A stretch of DNA of 64,000 nucleotides from Eledone cirrhosa (taxonomy: Eukaryota), in contig OZ024744.1 of the NCBI GenBank assembly GCA_964016885.1, positions 30,628,001-30,692,000 of the forward strand. The letters run 5' to 3'. The stretch's first letter is position 1; each line of letters opens with the position of its first letter. The notes beneath the pieces were generated by a model that worked only from the letters and a program-made list of their open reading frames with translations, searched no databases and was not told the DNA's origin. The position numbers were made by a program, and so were the translations under genes. This document shows positions 1 through 15,250 of the stretch, piece by piece.

Positions 1-699
1 AATGAAACAGTTGTAGTCCTTTAGAATCTCATCTATATTAAAATTTGTTGATACCCAGATTCCTGATGATTTCTAAAGAATGAAACAGTTCTAGTCCTGT
101 AGAATCTCATCTATATTAACATTTTTTGATACCCAAATGTCTGATGTATTCTAAAGAATGAAACAGTTCTAGTCCTGTAGAATCTCATCTATATTAACAT
201 TTTTGATACCCAGATTCCTGATGATTTCTAAAGAATGAAACAGTTCTAGTCCTGTAGAATCTCATCTATATTAACATTTTTTAACACCCAGATTCCTGAT
301 GATTTCTAAAGAATGAAACAGTTCTAGTCCTGTAGAATCTCATCTATATTAACATTTTTTGATACCCAGATTCCTGATGATTTGTAAAGAATGAAACAGT
401 TCTAGTCCTTTAGAATCTCATCCATATTAAAATTTTTTGATACCCAGATTCCTGATGATTTCTAAAGAATGAAACAATTCTAGTCCTGTAGAATCTCATC
501 TATATTAAAATTTTTTGATACCCAGATTCCTGATGATTTCTAAAGAATGAAACAGTTCTAGTCCTGTAGAATCTCATCTATATTAAAATTTTTTGATACC
601 CAGATTCCTGATGATTTCTAAAGAATGAAACAGTTCTAGTCCTGTAGAACCTCATCTATATTAACATTTTTTGATACCCAGATTCCTGATGATTTCTAA

Positions 700-3600
700 A
701 GAATGAAACAGTTCTAGTCCTGTAGAATCTCATATATATTAACATTTTTTGACACCCAGATTCCTGATGATTTCTAAAGAATGAAACAGTTCTAGTCGTG
801 TAGAATCTCATCTATATTAAACATTTGTGATACCCAGATTCCTGATGATTTCTAAAGAATGAAACAGTTCTCGTTCTGTAGAATCTCATGTATATTAAAA
901 AATTCTGATACCCAGATTCCTGATGTTTTCAAAAGAATGAAACAGTTCTAGTCCTGTAGAATATCATCTATACTAAAATTTTTTGATACCCGGTTTACTG
1001 ATGATTTCTAATGAATGAAACATTTCTAGTCCTGTAGAATCTCATCTATATTAAAATTTTTTGACATCCAGATTCTTGATGATTTCTAAAGAATGAAACA
1101 GTTCTAGTCCTGTAGAATCTCATCTATATTAAAATTTTTTGACACCCAGATTCCTGATGATTTCTAAAGAATGAAACAGTTGTAGTTCAGTAGAATCTCA
1201 TCTATATTAACACTTTTTGATACCCAGATTCTTGATGATTTCTAAAGAATGAAACAGTTCTAGTCCTGTAGAATCTAATCTATATTTACATTTTTTGATA
1301 CCCAGATTCCTGATGATTTCCAAAGAATGAAACAGTTCTAGTCCTGTAGAATCTCATGTATATTAAAATTTGTTGATACACAGATTCCTGATGATTTCTA
1401 AAGAATGAAACAGTTCTAGTCCTGTAGAATCTCATCTATATTAACATTTTTTGATACCCAGATGTCTGATGAATTCTAAAGAATGAAACAGTTCTAGTCC
1501 TGTAGAATCTCATCTATATTAACATTTTTGATACCCAGATTCCTGATGATTTCTAAAGAATGAAACAGTTCTAGTCCTGTAGAATCTCATCTATATTAAA
1601 ATTTTTTGATACCCAGATTCCTGATGATTTCTAAAGAATGAAACAGTTCTAGTCCTGTAGAATCTCATCTACATTAAAATTTTTTGATACACAGATTCCT
1701 GATGATTTCTAAAGAATGAAACAGTTCTAGTCCTGTAGAATCTAATCTATATTTACATTTTTTGCTACCCAGATTCCTGATGATTTCCAAAGAATGAAAC
1801 AGTTCTAGTCCTGTAGAATCTCATCTATATTAACATTTTTGATACCCAGATTCCTGATGATTTCTAAAGAATGAAACAGTTCTAGTCCTTTAGAATCTCA
1901 TGCATATTAAAATTTTTTGATGCCCAGATTCCTGATAATTTCTAAAGAATGAAACAGTTGTAGTCCTGTAGAATCTCATCTATATTAACATTTTTTGATA
2001 CCCAGATTCCTGATGATTTCTAAAGAATGAAACAGTTCTAGTCCTGTAGAATCTCATCTACATTAACATTTTTTGATACCCAGATTCCTGATAATTTCTA
2101 AAGAATGAAACAGTTCTAGTCCTGTAGAATCTCATCTATATTAAAAAATTTTGATACACAGATTCCTGATGATTTCTAAGAATGAAATAGTTCTAGTCCT
2201 GTAGAATCTCATCTATATTAACATTTTTTAATACCCAGATTCCTGATGATTTCTAAAGAATGAAACAGTTCTAGTCCTGTCGAATCTCATCTATGTTAAC
2301 ATTTTTTGATACCCAGATTCCTGATGATTTCTAAAGAATGAAACAATTCTAGTCCTGTAGAATCTCATCTATATTAACATTTTTTAACACCCAGATTCCT
2401 GATGTTTTCTAAAGAATGAAACAGTTCTAGTCCTGTAGAATCTCATCTATATTAACATTTTTTGACACCCAGATTCCTGATGATTTGTAAAGAATGAAAC
2501 AGTTCTAGTCCTTTAGAATCTCATCCATATTAAAATTTTTTGATACCCAGATTCCTGATGATTTCTAAAGAATGAAACAGTTCTAGTCCTGTAGAATCTC
2601 ATATATATTAACATTTTTTGACACCCAGGTTCCTGATGATTTCTAAAGAATGAAACAGTTCTAGTCGTGTAGAATCTCATCTATATTAAACATTTGTGAT
2701 ACCCAGATTCCTGATGATTTCTAAAGAATGAAACAGTTCTCGTTCTGTAGAATCTCATCTATATTAAAAAATTCTGATACCCAGATTCCTGATGTTTTCA
2801 AAAGAATGAAACAGTTCTAGTCCTGTAGAATATCATCTATATTAAAATTTTTTGACATCCAGATTCCTGATGATTTCTAAAGAATGAAACAGTTCTAGTC
2901 CTGTAGAATCTCATCTATATTAAAATTTTTTGACACCCAGATTCCTGATGATTTCTTAAGAATGAAACAGTTGTAGTTCAGTAGAATCTCATCTATATTA
3001 ACACTTTTTGATACCCAGATTCTTGATGATTTCTAAAGAATGAAACAGTTCTAGTCCTGTAGAATCTAATCTATATTTACATTTTTTGATACCCAGATTC
3101 CTGATGATTTCCAAAGAATGAAACAGTTCTAGTCCTGTAGAATCTCATGTATATTAAAATTTGTTGATACACAGATTCCTGATGACTTCTAAAGAATGAA
3201 ACAGTTCTAGTCCTGTAGAATCTCATCTATATTAACATTTTTTGATACCCAGATGTCTGATGAATTCTAAAGAATGAAACAGTTCTAGTCCTGTAGAATC
3301 TCATCTATATTAACATTTTTGATACCCAGATTCCTGATGATTTCTAAAGAATGAAACAGTTCTAGTCCTGTAGAATCTCATCTATATTAAAATTTTTTGA
3401 TACCCAGATTCCTGATGATTTCTAAAGAATGAAACATTTCTAGTCCTGTAGAATCTCATCTACATTAAAATTTTTTGATACCCAGATTCCTGATGATTTC
3501 TAAAGAATGAAACAGTTCTAGTCCTGTAGAATCTAATCTATATTTACATTTTTTGATACCCAGATTCCTGATGATTTCCAAAGAATGAAACAGTTCTAGT

Positions 3601-4360
3601 CCTGTAGAATCTCATCTATATTAACATTTTTGATACCCAGATTCCTGATGATTTCTAAAGAATGAAACAGTTCTAGTCCTTTAGAATGTCATGCATATTA
3701 AAATTTTTTGATGCCCGGATTCCTGATAATTTCTAAAGAATGAAACAGTTGTAGTCCTGTAGAATCTCATCTATATTAACATTTTTTGATACCCAGATTC
3801 CTGATGATTTCTAAAGAATGAAACAGTTCTAGTCCTGTAGAATCTCATCTACATTAACATTTTTTGATACCCAGATTCCTGATAATTTCTAAAGAATGAA
3901 ACAGTTCTAGTCCTGTAGAATCTCATCTATATTAAAAAATTTTGATACCCAGATTCCTGATGATTTCTAAGAATGAAATAGTTCTAGTCCTGTAGAATCT
4001 CATCTATATTAACATTTTTTGATACCCAGATTCCTGATGATTTCTAAAGAATGAAACAGTTCTAGTCCTGTCGAATCTCATCTATGTTAACATTTTTTGA
4101 TACCCAGATTCCTGATGATTTCTAAAGAATGAAACAATTCTAGTCCTGTAGAATCTCATCTATATTAACATTTTTTAACACCCAGATTCCTGATGATTTC
4201 TAAAGAATGAAACAGTTCTAGTCCTGTAGAATCTCATCTATATTAACATTTTTTGACACCCAGATTCCTGATGATTTGTAAAGAATGAAACAGTTCTAGT
4301 CCTTTAGAATCTCATCCATATTAAAATTTTTTGATACCCAGATTCCTGATGATTTCTAAA
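700..4360. repeat. Higher-order tandem duplication, 24/23 monomers x2
   Basis: GTCGTG at ~797 and ~2666 (offset 1869). GATGTCTGATGAATTC at 1461/3252, CTAAGAATGAAATAG at 2176/3967 and TGTCGAA at 2281/4072 (all offset 1791). The second copy is one monomer shorter. Confidence 0.85.
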
Positions 4361-5079
4361 GAATGAAACAGTTCTAGTCCTGTAGAATCTCATCTATATT
4401 AAAATTTTTTGTTACCCAGATTCCTGATGATTTCCAAAGAATGAAACAGTTCTAGTCCTGTAGAATCTCATCTATATTAACATTTTTTTATACCCAAATG
4501 TCTGATGTATTCTAAAGAATGAAACAGTTCTAGTCCTGTAGAATCTCATCTATATTAACATTTTTGATACCCAGATTCCTGATGATTTCTAAAGAATGAA
4601 ACAGTTCTAGTCCTGTAGAATCTCATCTATATTAACATTTTTTAACACCCAGATTCCTGATGATTTCTAAAGAATGAAACAGTTCTAGTCCTGTAGAATC
4701 TCATCTATATTAACATTTTTTGATACCCAGATTCCTGATGATTTGTAAAGAATGAAACAGTTCTAGTCCTTTAGAATCTCATCCATATTAAAATTTTTTG
4801 ATACCCAGATTCCTGATGATTTCTAAAGAATGAAACAGTTCTAGTCCTGTAGAATCTCATCTATATTAACATTTTTTGATACCCAGATTCCTGATGATTT
4901 CTAAAGAATGAAACAGTTCTAGTCCTGTAGAATCTCATCTATATTAAAATTTTTTGATACCCAGATTCCTGATGATTTCTAAAGAATGAAACAGTTCTAG
5001 TCCTGTAGAACCTCATCTATATTAACATTTTTTGATACCCAGATTCCTGATGATTTCTAAAGAATGAAACAGTTCTAGT

Positions 5080-8030
5080 CCTGTAGAATCTCATATATAT
5101 TAACATTTTTTGACACCCAGGTTCCTGATGATTTCTAAAGAATGAAACAGTTCTAGTCGTGTAGAATCTCATCTATATTAAACATTTGTGATACCCAGAT
5201 TCCTGATGATTTCTAAAGAATGAAACAGTTCTCGTTCTGTAGAATCTCATCTATATTAAAAAATTTTGATACCCAGATTCCTGATGTTTTCAAAAGAATG
5301 AAACAGTTCTAGTCCTGTAGAATATCATCTATACTAAAATTTTTTGATACACGGTTTACTGATGATTTCTAATGAATGAAACATTTCTAGTCCTGTAGAA
5401 TCTCATCTATATTAAAATTTTTTGACATCCGGATTCCTGATGATTTCTAAAGAATGAAACAGTTCTAGTCCTGTAGAATCTCATCTATATTAAAATTTTT
5501 TGACACCCAGATTCCTGATGATTTCTAAAGAATGAAACAGTTGTAGTTCAGTAGAATCTTATCTATATTAACACTTTTTGATACCCAGATTCTTGATGAT
5601 TTCTAAAGAATGAAACAGTTCTAGTCCTGTAGAATCTAATCTATATTTAAATTTTTTGATACGCAGATTCCTGATGATTTCCAAAGAATGAAACAGTTCT
5701 AGTCCTGTAGAATCTCATGTATATTAAAATTTGTTGATACACATATTCCTGATGATTTCTAAAGAATGAAACAGTTCTAGTCCTGTAGAATCTCATCTAT
5801 ATTAACATTTTTTGATACCCAGATGTCTGATGAATTCTAAAGAATGAAACAGTTCTAGTCCTGTAGAATCTCATCTATATTAACATTTTTGATACCCAGA
5901 TTCCTGATGATTTCTAAAGAATGAAACAGTTCTAGTCCTGTAGAATCTCATCTATATTAAAATTTTTTGATACCCAGATTCCTGATGATTTCTAAAGAAT
6001 GAAACAGTTCTAGTCCTGTAGAATCTCATCTACATTAAAATTTTTTGATACCCAGATTCCTGATGATTTCTAAAGAATGAAACAGTTCTAGTCCTGTAGA
6101 ATCTAATCTATGTTTACATTTTTTGATACCCAGATTCCTGATGATTTCCAAAGAATGAAACAGTTCTAGTCCTGTAGAATCTCATGTATATTAAAATTTG
6201 TTGATACACAGATTCCTGATGATTTCTAAAGAATGAAACAGTTCTAGTCCTGTAGAATCTCATCTATATTAACATTTTTTGATACCCAGATGTCTGATGA
6301 ATTCTAAAGAATGAAACAGTTCTAGTCCTGTAGAATCTCATCTATATTAACATTTTTGATACCCAGATTCCTGAGGATTTCTAAAGAATGAAACAGTTCT
6401 AGTCCTGTAGAATCTCATCTATATTAAAAATTTTTGATACCCAGATTCCTGATGATTTCTAAAGAATGAAACAGTTCTAGGCCTGTAGAATCTCATCTAC
6501 ATTAAAATTTTTTGATACCCAGATTCCTGATGATTTCTAAAGAATGAAACAGTTCTAGTCCTGTAGAATCTCATATATATTAAAATTTTTTGATACCCAG
6601 ATTCCTGATGATTTCTAAAGAATGAAACAGTTCTAGTCCTTTAGAATCTCATGCCATTAAAATTTTTTGATGCCCAGATTCCTGATAATTTCTAAAGAAT
6701 GAAACAGTTCTAGTCCTGTAGAATCTCATATATATTAACATTTTTTGACACCCAGGTTCCTGATGATTTCTAAAGAATGAAACAGTTCTAGTCGTGTAGA
6801 ATCTCATCTATATTAAACATTTGTGATACCCAGATTCCTGATGATTTCTAAAGAATGAAACAGTTCTCGTTCTGTAGAATCTCATCTATATTAAAAAATT
6901 TTGATACCCAGATTCCTGATGTTTTCAAAAGAATGAAACAGTTCTAGTCCTGTAGAATATCATCTATACTAAAATTTTTTGATACACGGTTTACTGATGA
7001 TTTCTAATGAATGAAACATTTCTAGTCCTGTAGAATCTCATCTATATTAAAATTTTTTGACATCCGGATTCCTGATGATTTCTAAAGAATGAAACAGTTC
7101 TAGTCCTGTAGAATCTCATCTATATTAAAATTTTTTGACACCCAGATTCCTGATGATTTCTAAAGAATGAAACAGTTGTAGTTCAGTAGAATCTTATCTA
7201 TATTAACACTTTTTGATACCCAGATTCTTGATGATTTCTAAAGAATGAAACAGTTCTAGTCCTGTAGAATCTAATCTATATTTAAATTTTTTGATACGCA
7301 GATTCCTGATGATTTCCAAAGAATGAAACAGTTCTAGTCCTGTAGAATCTCATGTATATTAAAATTTGTTGATACACATATTCCTGATGATTTCTAAAGA
7401 ATGAAACAGTTCTAGTCCTGTAGAATCTAATCTATGTTTACATTTTTTGATACCCAGATTCCTGATGATTTCCAAAGAATGAAACAGTTCTAGTCCTGTA
7501 GAATCTCATGTATATTAAAATTTGTTGATACACAGATTCCTGATGATTTCTAAAGAATGAAACAGTTCTAGTCCTGTAGAATCTCATCTATATTAACATT
7601 TTTTGATACCCAGATGTCTGATGAATTCTAAAGAATGAAACAGTTCTAGTCCTGTAGAATCTCATCTATATTAACATTTTTGATACCCAGATTCCTGAGG
7701 ATTTCTAAAGAATGAAACAGTTCTAGTCCTGTAGAATCTCATCTATATTAAAAATTTTTGATACCCAGATTCCTGATGATTTCTAAAGAATGAAACAGTT
7801 CTAGGCCTGTAGAATCTCATCTACATTAAAATTTTTTGATACCCAGATTCCTGATGATTTCTAAAGAATGAAACAGTTCTAGTCCTGTAGAATCTCATAT
7901 ATATTAAAATTTTTTGATACCCAGATTCCTGATGATTTCTAAAGAATGAAACAGTTCTAGTCCTTTAGAATCTCATGCATATTAAAATTTTTTGATGCCC
8001 AGATTCCTGATAATTTCTAAAGAATGAAAC
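5080..8030. repeat. Higher-order tandem duplication, 21/17 monomers x2
   Basis: GTCGTG at 5158/6793 and ACGGTTTACT at 5351/6986 (offset 1635). CTGAGG at 6371/7695 and CTAGGCCT at 6477/7801 (offset 1324). The second copy lacks 4 monomers. Confidence 0.85.
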
Positions 8031-11000
8031 AGTTCTAGTCCTGTAGAATCTCATCTATATTAACATTTTTTGATACCCAGATTCCTGATAATTTCTAAAG
8101 AATGAAACAGTTCTAGTCCTGTAGAATCTCATCTATATTAAAAATGTTTGATACCCAGATTCCTGATGATTTCTAAAGAATGAAATAGTTCTACTCCTGT
8201 AGAATCTCATCTATATTAACATTTTTTGACACCCAGATTCCTGATGATTTCTAAAGAATGAAACAGTGCTAGTCCTGTAGAATCTCATCTATATTAAAAA
8301 TGTTCGATACCCAGTTTGCTGATGATTTCTAAAGAATGAAACAGTTCAAGTCCTGTAGAATCTCATCTATATTAAAATTTGTTGATACCCAGATTCCTGA
8401 TGATTTCTAAAGAATGAAACAGTTCTAGTCCTGTAGAATCTCATCAATATTAAAATTCTTTGATACCCAGATTCCTGATGATTTCTAAAGAATGAAACAG
8501 TTCTAGTCCTGTAGAACCTCATATATAGTAAAAATTTTTGATACCCAGATTCCTGATGATTTCTAAAGAATGAAACAGTTCTAGTCCTGTAGAATCTCAT
8601 CTATATTAAACCTTTTTGATACCCAGATTCCTGATGATTTCTAAGAATGAAATAGTTCTAGTCCTGTAGAATCTCATCTATATTAACATTTTTTGATACC
8701 CAGATTCCTGATGATTTCTAAAGAATGAAACAGTTCTAGTCCTGTAGAACCTCATCTATATTAACATTTTTTGATACCCAGATTCCTGATGATTTCTAAA
8801 GAATGAAACAGTTCTAGTCCTGTAGAATCTCATATATATTAACATTTTTTGACACCCAGATTCCTGATGATTTCTAAAGAATGAAACAGTCCTAGTCGTG
8901 TAGAATCTCATCTATATTAAACATTTGTGATACCCAGATTCCTGATGATTTCTAAAGAATGAAACAGTTCTCGTTCTGTAGAAACTCATGTAAATTAAAA
9001 AATTTTGATACCCAGATTCCTGATGTTTTCTAAAGAATGAAACAATTCTAGTCCTGTAGAATATCATCTATACTAAAATTTTTTGATACCCGGTTTCCTG
9101 ATGATTTTTAATGAATGAAACATTTCTAGTCCTGTAGAATCTCATCTATATTAACATTTTTTGACACCCAGATTCCTGATGATTTCTAAAGAATGAAACA
9201 GTTCTAGTCCTGTAGAATCTCATCTATATTAAAATTTTTTGACACCCAGATTCCTGATGATTTCTAAAGAATGAAACAGTTGTAGTTCAGTAGAATCTCA
9301 TCTATATTAACACTTTTTGATACCCAGATTCTTGATGATTTCTAAAGAATGAAACAGTTCTAGTCCTGTAGAATATAATCTATATTAACATTTTTTGATA
9401 CCCAGATTCCTGATGATTTCCAAAGAATGAAACAGTTCTAGTCATGTAGAATCTCATCTATATTCAAATTTGTTGATACCCAGATTCCTGATGATTTCTA
9501 AAGAATGAAACAGTTCTAGTCCTCTAGAATCTCATCTATATTAACATTTTTTGATACCCAGATGTCTGATGAATTCTAAAGAATGAAACAGTTCTAGTCC
9601 TGTAGAATCTCATCTATATTAACATTTTTGATACCCAGATTCCTGATGATTTCTAAAGAATGAAACAGTTCTAGTCCTCTAGAATCTCATCTATATTAAC
9701 ATTTTTTGACAACCAGATACCTGATGATTTCTAAAGAATGAAACAGTTCTAGTCCTGTAGAATCTCATCTATATTAAAAATGTTTGATACCCAGATTGCT
9801 GATGATTTCTAAAGAATGAAACAGTTCTAGTCCTGTAGAATCTCATCTATATTAAAATTTGTTGATATCCAGATTCCTGATGATTTCTAAAGAATGAAAC
9901 AGTTCTAGTCCTGTAGAATCTCATCTACATTAAAATTTTTTGATACCCAGATTCCTGATGATTTCTAAAGAATGAAACAGTTCTAGTCCTGTAGAATCTC
10001 ATGTATATTAAAATTTGTTGATACACAGATTCCTGATGATTTCTAAAGAATGAAACAGTTCTAGTCCTGTAGAATCTCATCTATATTAACATTTTTTGAT
10101 ACCCAGATGTCTGATGAATTCTAAAGAATGAAACAGTTCTAGTCCTGTAGAATCTCATCTATATAAACATTTTTGATACCCAGATTCCTGATGATTTCTA
10201 AAGAATGAAACAGTTCTAGTCCTGTAGAATCTCATCTACATTAACATTTTTTGATACCCAGATTCCTGATGATTTCTAAAGAATGAAACAGTTCTAGTCC
10301 TTTAGAATCTCATATATATTAAAATTTTTTGATACCCAGATTTCTGATGATTTCTAAAGAATGAAACAGTTCTAGTCCTTTAGAATCTCATGCATATTAA
10401 AATTTTTTGATGCCCAGATTCCTGATAATTTCTAAAGAATGAAACAGTTCTAGTCCTGTAGAATCTCATCTATATTAACATTTTTTGATACCCAGATTCC
10501 TGATGATTTCTAAAGAATGAAACAGTGCTAGTCCTGTAGAATCTCATCTATATTAAAAATGTTTGATACCCAGTTTGCTGATGATTTCTAAAGAATAAAA
10601 CAGTTCAAGTCCTGTAGAATCTCATCTATATTAAAATCTGTTGATACCCAGATTCCTGATGATTTCTAAAGAATGAAACAGTTCTAGTCCTGTAGAATCT
10701 CATCTATATTAAAATTCTTTGATACCCAGATTCCTGATGATTTCTAAAGAATGAAACAGTTCTAGTCCTGTAGAACCTCATATATAGTAAAATTTTTTGA
10801 TACCCAGATTCCTGATGATTTCTAAAGAATGAAACAGTTCTAGTCCTTTAGAATCTCATGCATATTAAAATTTTTTGATGCCCAGATTCCTGATAATTTC
10901 TAAAGAATGAAACAGTTGTAGTCCTGTAGAATCTCATCTATATTAAAATTTTTTGATACCCAGATTCCTGATAATTTCTAAAGAATGAAACAGTTCTAGT

Positions 11001-12199
11001 CCTGTAGAATCTCATTTATATTAAACATTTTTGATACCCAGATTCCTGATGATTTCTAAGAATGAAATAGTTCTAGTCCTGTAGAATCTCATCTATATTA
11101 ACATTTTTTGATTCCCAGATTCCTGATGATTTCTAAAGAATGAAACAGTTCTAGTCCTGTAGAATCTCATCTATATTAACATTTTTTGATACCCAGATTC
11201 CTGATGATTTCTAAAGAATGAAACAGTTCTAGTCCTGTAGAATCTCATCTATATTAACATTTTTTGATACCCAAATGTCTGATGAATTCTAAAGAATGAA
11301 ACAGTTCTAGTCCTGTAGAATCTCATCTATATTAACATTTTTGATACCCAGATTCCTGATGATTTCTAAAGAATGAAACAGTTCTAGTCCTCTAGAATTT
11401 CATCTATATTAACATTTTTTAACACCCACATTCCTGATGATTTCTAAAGAATTAAACAGTTCTAGTCCTGTAGAATCTCATCTATATTAACATTTTTTGA
11501 TACCCAGATTCCTGATGATTTCTAAAGAATGAAACAGTTCTAGTCCTGTAGAATCTCATCTATATTAAAATTTTTGGATACCCAGATTCCTGATGATTTC
11601 TAAAGAATGAAACAGTTCTAGTCCTTTAGAATCTCATCCATATTAAAATTTTTTGATACCCAGATTCCCGATGATTTCTAAAGAATGAAACAGTGCTAGT
11701 CCTGTAGAATCTCATCTATATTAAAAATGTTTGATACCCAGATTGCTGATGATTTCTAAAGAATGAAACAGTTCTAGTCCTGTAGAATCTCATCAATATT
11801 AAAATTTGTTGATACCCAGATTCCTGATGATTTCTAAAGAATGAAACAGTTCTAGTCCTGTACAATCTCATCTATATTAACATTTTTGATACCCAGATTC
11901 CTGAGGATTTCTAAAGAATGAAACAGTTCTAGTCCTTTAGAATCTCATCCATATTAAAATTTTTTGATACCCAGATTCCCGATGATTTCTAAAGAATGAA
12001 ACAGTGCTAGTCCTGTAGAATCTCATCTATATTAACATTTTTTAACACCCAGATTCCTGATGATTTCTAAAGAATGAAACAGTTCTAGTCCTGTAGAATC
12101 TCATATATAGTAAAATTTTTTCATACCCAGATTCCTGATGATTTCTCAAGAATGAAACAGTTCTAGTCCTTTAGAATCTCATGCATATTAAAATTTTTT

Positions 12200-15100
12200 A
12201 ATGCCCAGATTGCTGATAATATCTAAAGAATGAAACAGTTCTAGTCCTGTAGAATCTCATCTATATTAAAATTTTTTGATACCCAGATTCCTGATGATTT
12301 CTAAAGAATGTAACAGTTCTAGTCCTGTAGAATCTCATCTATATTAACATTTTTTGATACCCAGATGTCTGATGAATTCTAAAGAATGAAACAGTTCTAG
12401 TCCTGTAGAATCTCATCTATATTAACATTTTTGATACCCAGATTCCTGATGATTTCTAAAGAATGAAACAGTTCTAGTCCTGTAGAATCTCATCTATATT
12501 AAAATTTTTTGATACCCAGATTCCTGATGATTTCTAAAGAATGAAACAGTTCTAGTCCTGTAGAATCTCATGTATATTAAAATTTTTTGATAGCAAGATT
12601 CCTGATGATTTCTAAAGAATGAAACAGTTCTAGTCCTGTAGAATCTCATCTATACTAAAAATTTTTGATACCCAGATTCCTGGTGATTTCTAAAGAATGA
12701 AACAGTTCTAGTCCTCTAGAATCTCATCTATATTAACATTTTTTGACACCAAGATTCCTGATGATTTCTAAAGAATGAAACAGTTCGAGTCCTGTAGAAT
12801 CTCATCTATATTAAAATTTTTGGATAACCAGATTCCTGATGATTTCTAAAGAATGAAACAGTTCTAGTCCTTTAGAATCTCATCCATATTAAAATTTTTT
12901 GATACCCAGATTCCTGATGATTTCTAAAGAATGAAACAGTTCTAGTTCAGTAGAATCTCATCTATATTAACATTTTTTGACACCCAGATTCCTGATGATT
13001 TCTAAAGAATGAAACAGTTCTAGTCCTGTAGAATGTCATCTATATTAAAATTTTTGGATACCCAGATTCCTGATGATTTCTAAAGAATGAAACAGTTCTA
13101 GTCCTTTAGAATCTCATCCATATTAAAATTTTTTGATACCCAGATTCCTGATGATTTCTAAAGAATGAAACAGTTCTAGTCCTGTAGAATCTCATCTATA
13201 TTAAAATTTTTTGATACCCAGATTCCTGATGATTTCTAAAGATTGAAACAGTTCTAGTCCTGTAGAACCTCATCTATATTAACATTTTTTGATACGCAGA
13301 TTCCTGATGATTTCTAAAGAATGAAACAGTTCTAGTCCTGTAGAATCTCATCTATATTAAAATTTTTGGATACCCAGATTCCTGATGATTTCTAAAGAAT
13401 GAAACAGTTCTAGTCCTTTAGAATCTCATCTATATTAAAAATGTTTGATACCCAGATTGCTGATGATTTCTAAAGAATGAAACAGTTCTAGTCCTGTAGA
13501 ATCTCATCAATATTAAAATTTGTTGATACCCAGATTCCTGATGATTTCTAAAGAATGAAACAGTTCTAGTCCTGTACAATCTCATCTATATTAACATTTT
13601 TGATACCCAGATTCCTGAGGATTTCTAAAGAATGAAACAGTTCTAGTCCTTTAGAATCTCATCCATATTAAAATTTTTTGATGCCCAGATTGCTGATAAT
13701 ATCTAAAGAATGAAACAGTTCTAGTCCTGTAGAATCTCATCTATATTAAAATTTTTTGATACCCAGATTCCTGATGATTTCTAAAGAATGTAACAGTTCT
13801 AGTCCTGTAGAATCTCATCTATATTAACATTTTTTGATACCCAGATGTCTGATGAATTCTAAAGAATGAAACAGTTCTAGTCCTGTAGAATCTCATCTAT
13901 ATTAACATTTTTGATACCCAGATTCCTGATGATTTCTAAAGAATGAAACAGTTCTAGTCCTGTAGAATCTCATCTATATTAAAATTTTTTGATACCCAGA
14001 TTCCTGATGATTTCTAAAGAATGAAACAGTTCTAGTCCTGTAGAATCTCATGTATATTAAAATTTTTTGATAGCAAGATTCCTGATGATTTCTAAAGAAT
14101 GAAACAGTTCTAGTCCTGTAGAATCTCATCTATACTAAAAATTTTTGATACCCAGATTCCTGGTGATTTCTAAAGAATGAAACAGTTCTAGTCCTCTAGA
14201 ATCTCATCTATATTAACATTTTTTGACACCAAGATTCCTGATGATTTCTAAAGAATGAAACAGTTCGAGTCCTGTAGAATCTCATCTATATTAAAATTTT
14301 TGGATAACCAGATTCCTGATGATTTCTAAAGAATGAAACAGTTCTAGTCCTTTAGAATCTCATCCATATTAAAATTTTTTGATACCCAGATTCCTGATGA
14401 TTTCTAAAGAATGAAACAGTTCTAGTTCAGTAGAATCTCATCTATATTAACATTTTTTGACACCCAGATTCCTGATGATTTCTAAAGAATGAAACAGTTC
14501 TAGTCCTGTAGAATGTCATCTATATTAAAATTTTTGGATACCCAGATTCCTGATGATTTCTAAAGAATGAAACAGTTCTAGTCCTTTAGAATCTCATCCA
14601 TATTAAAATTTTTTGATACCCAGATTCCTGATGATTTCTAAAGAATGAAACAGTTCTAGTCCTGTAGAATCTCATCTATATTAAAATTTTTTGATACCCA
14701 GATTCCTGATGATTTCTAAAGATTGAAACAGTTCTAGTCCTGTAGAACCTCATCTATATTAACATTTTTTGATACCCAGATTCCTGATGATTTCTAAAGA
14801 ATGAAACAGTTCTAGTCCTGTAGAATCTCATCTATATTAAAATTTTTGGATACCCAGATTCCTGATGATTTCTAAAGAATGAAACAGTTCTAGTCCTTTA
14901 GAATCTCATCCATATTAAAATTTTTTGATACCCAGATTCCTGATGATTTCTAAAGAATGAAACAGTGCTAGTCCTGTAGAATCTCATCTATATTAAAAAT
15001 GTTTGATACCCAGATTGCTGATGATTTCTAAAGAATGAAACAGTTCTAGTCCTGTAGAATCTCATCAATATTAAAATTTGTTGATACCCAGATTCCTGAT

Positions 15101-15250
15101 GATTTCTAAAGAATGAAACAGTTCTAGTCCTGTACAATCTCATCTATATTAACATTTTTGATACCCAGATTCCTGAGGATTTCTAAAGAATGAAACAGTT
15201 CTAGTCCTTTAGAATCTCATCCATATTAAAATTTTTTGATACCCAGATTC
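12200..15250. repeat. Higher-order tandem duplication, 19 monomers (~1480 bp) x2, with partial extra copies on either side
   Basis: Private variants TAGCAAGATT at 12591/14071 and CAGTTCGAGT at 12781/14261, both offset 1480. Confidence 0.85.

Noticed and set aside
1-78. Monomer built from two ~39-bp ancestral halves
   Set aside because: Only short shared words (TCCTG, TTCTA, AGAAT) occur, at inconsistent offsets, which is too weak to support.
8367-8600. 77-aa minus-strand ORF as a CDS
   Set aside because: It is three satellite monomers in which two TAG stops are lost by point variants. It has no unique sequence, gene context or recognisable domain.
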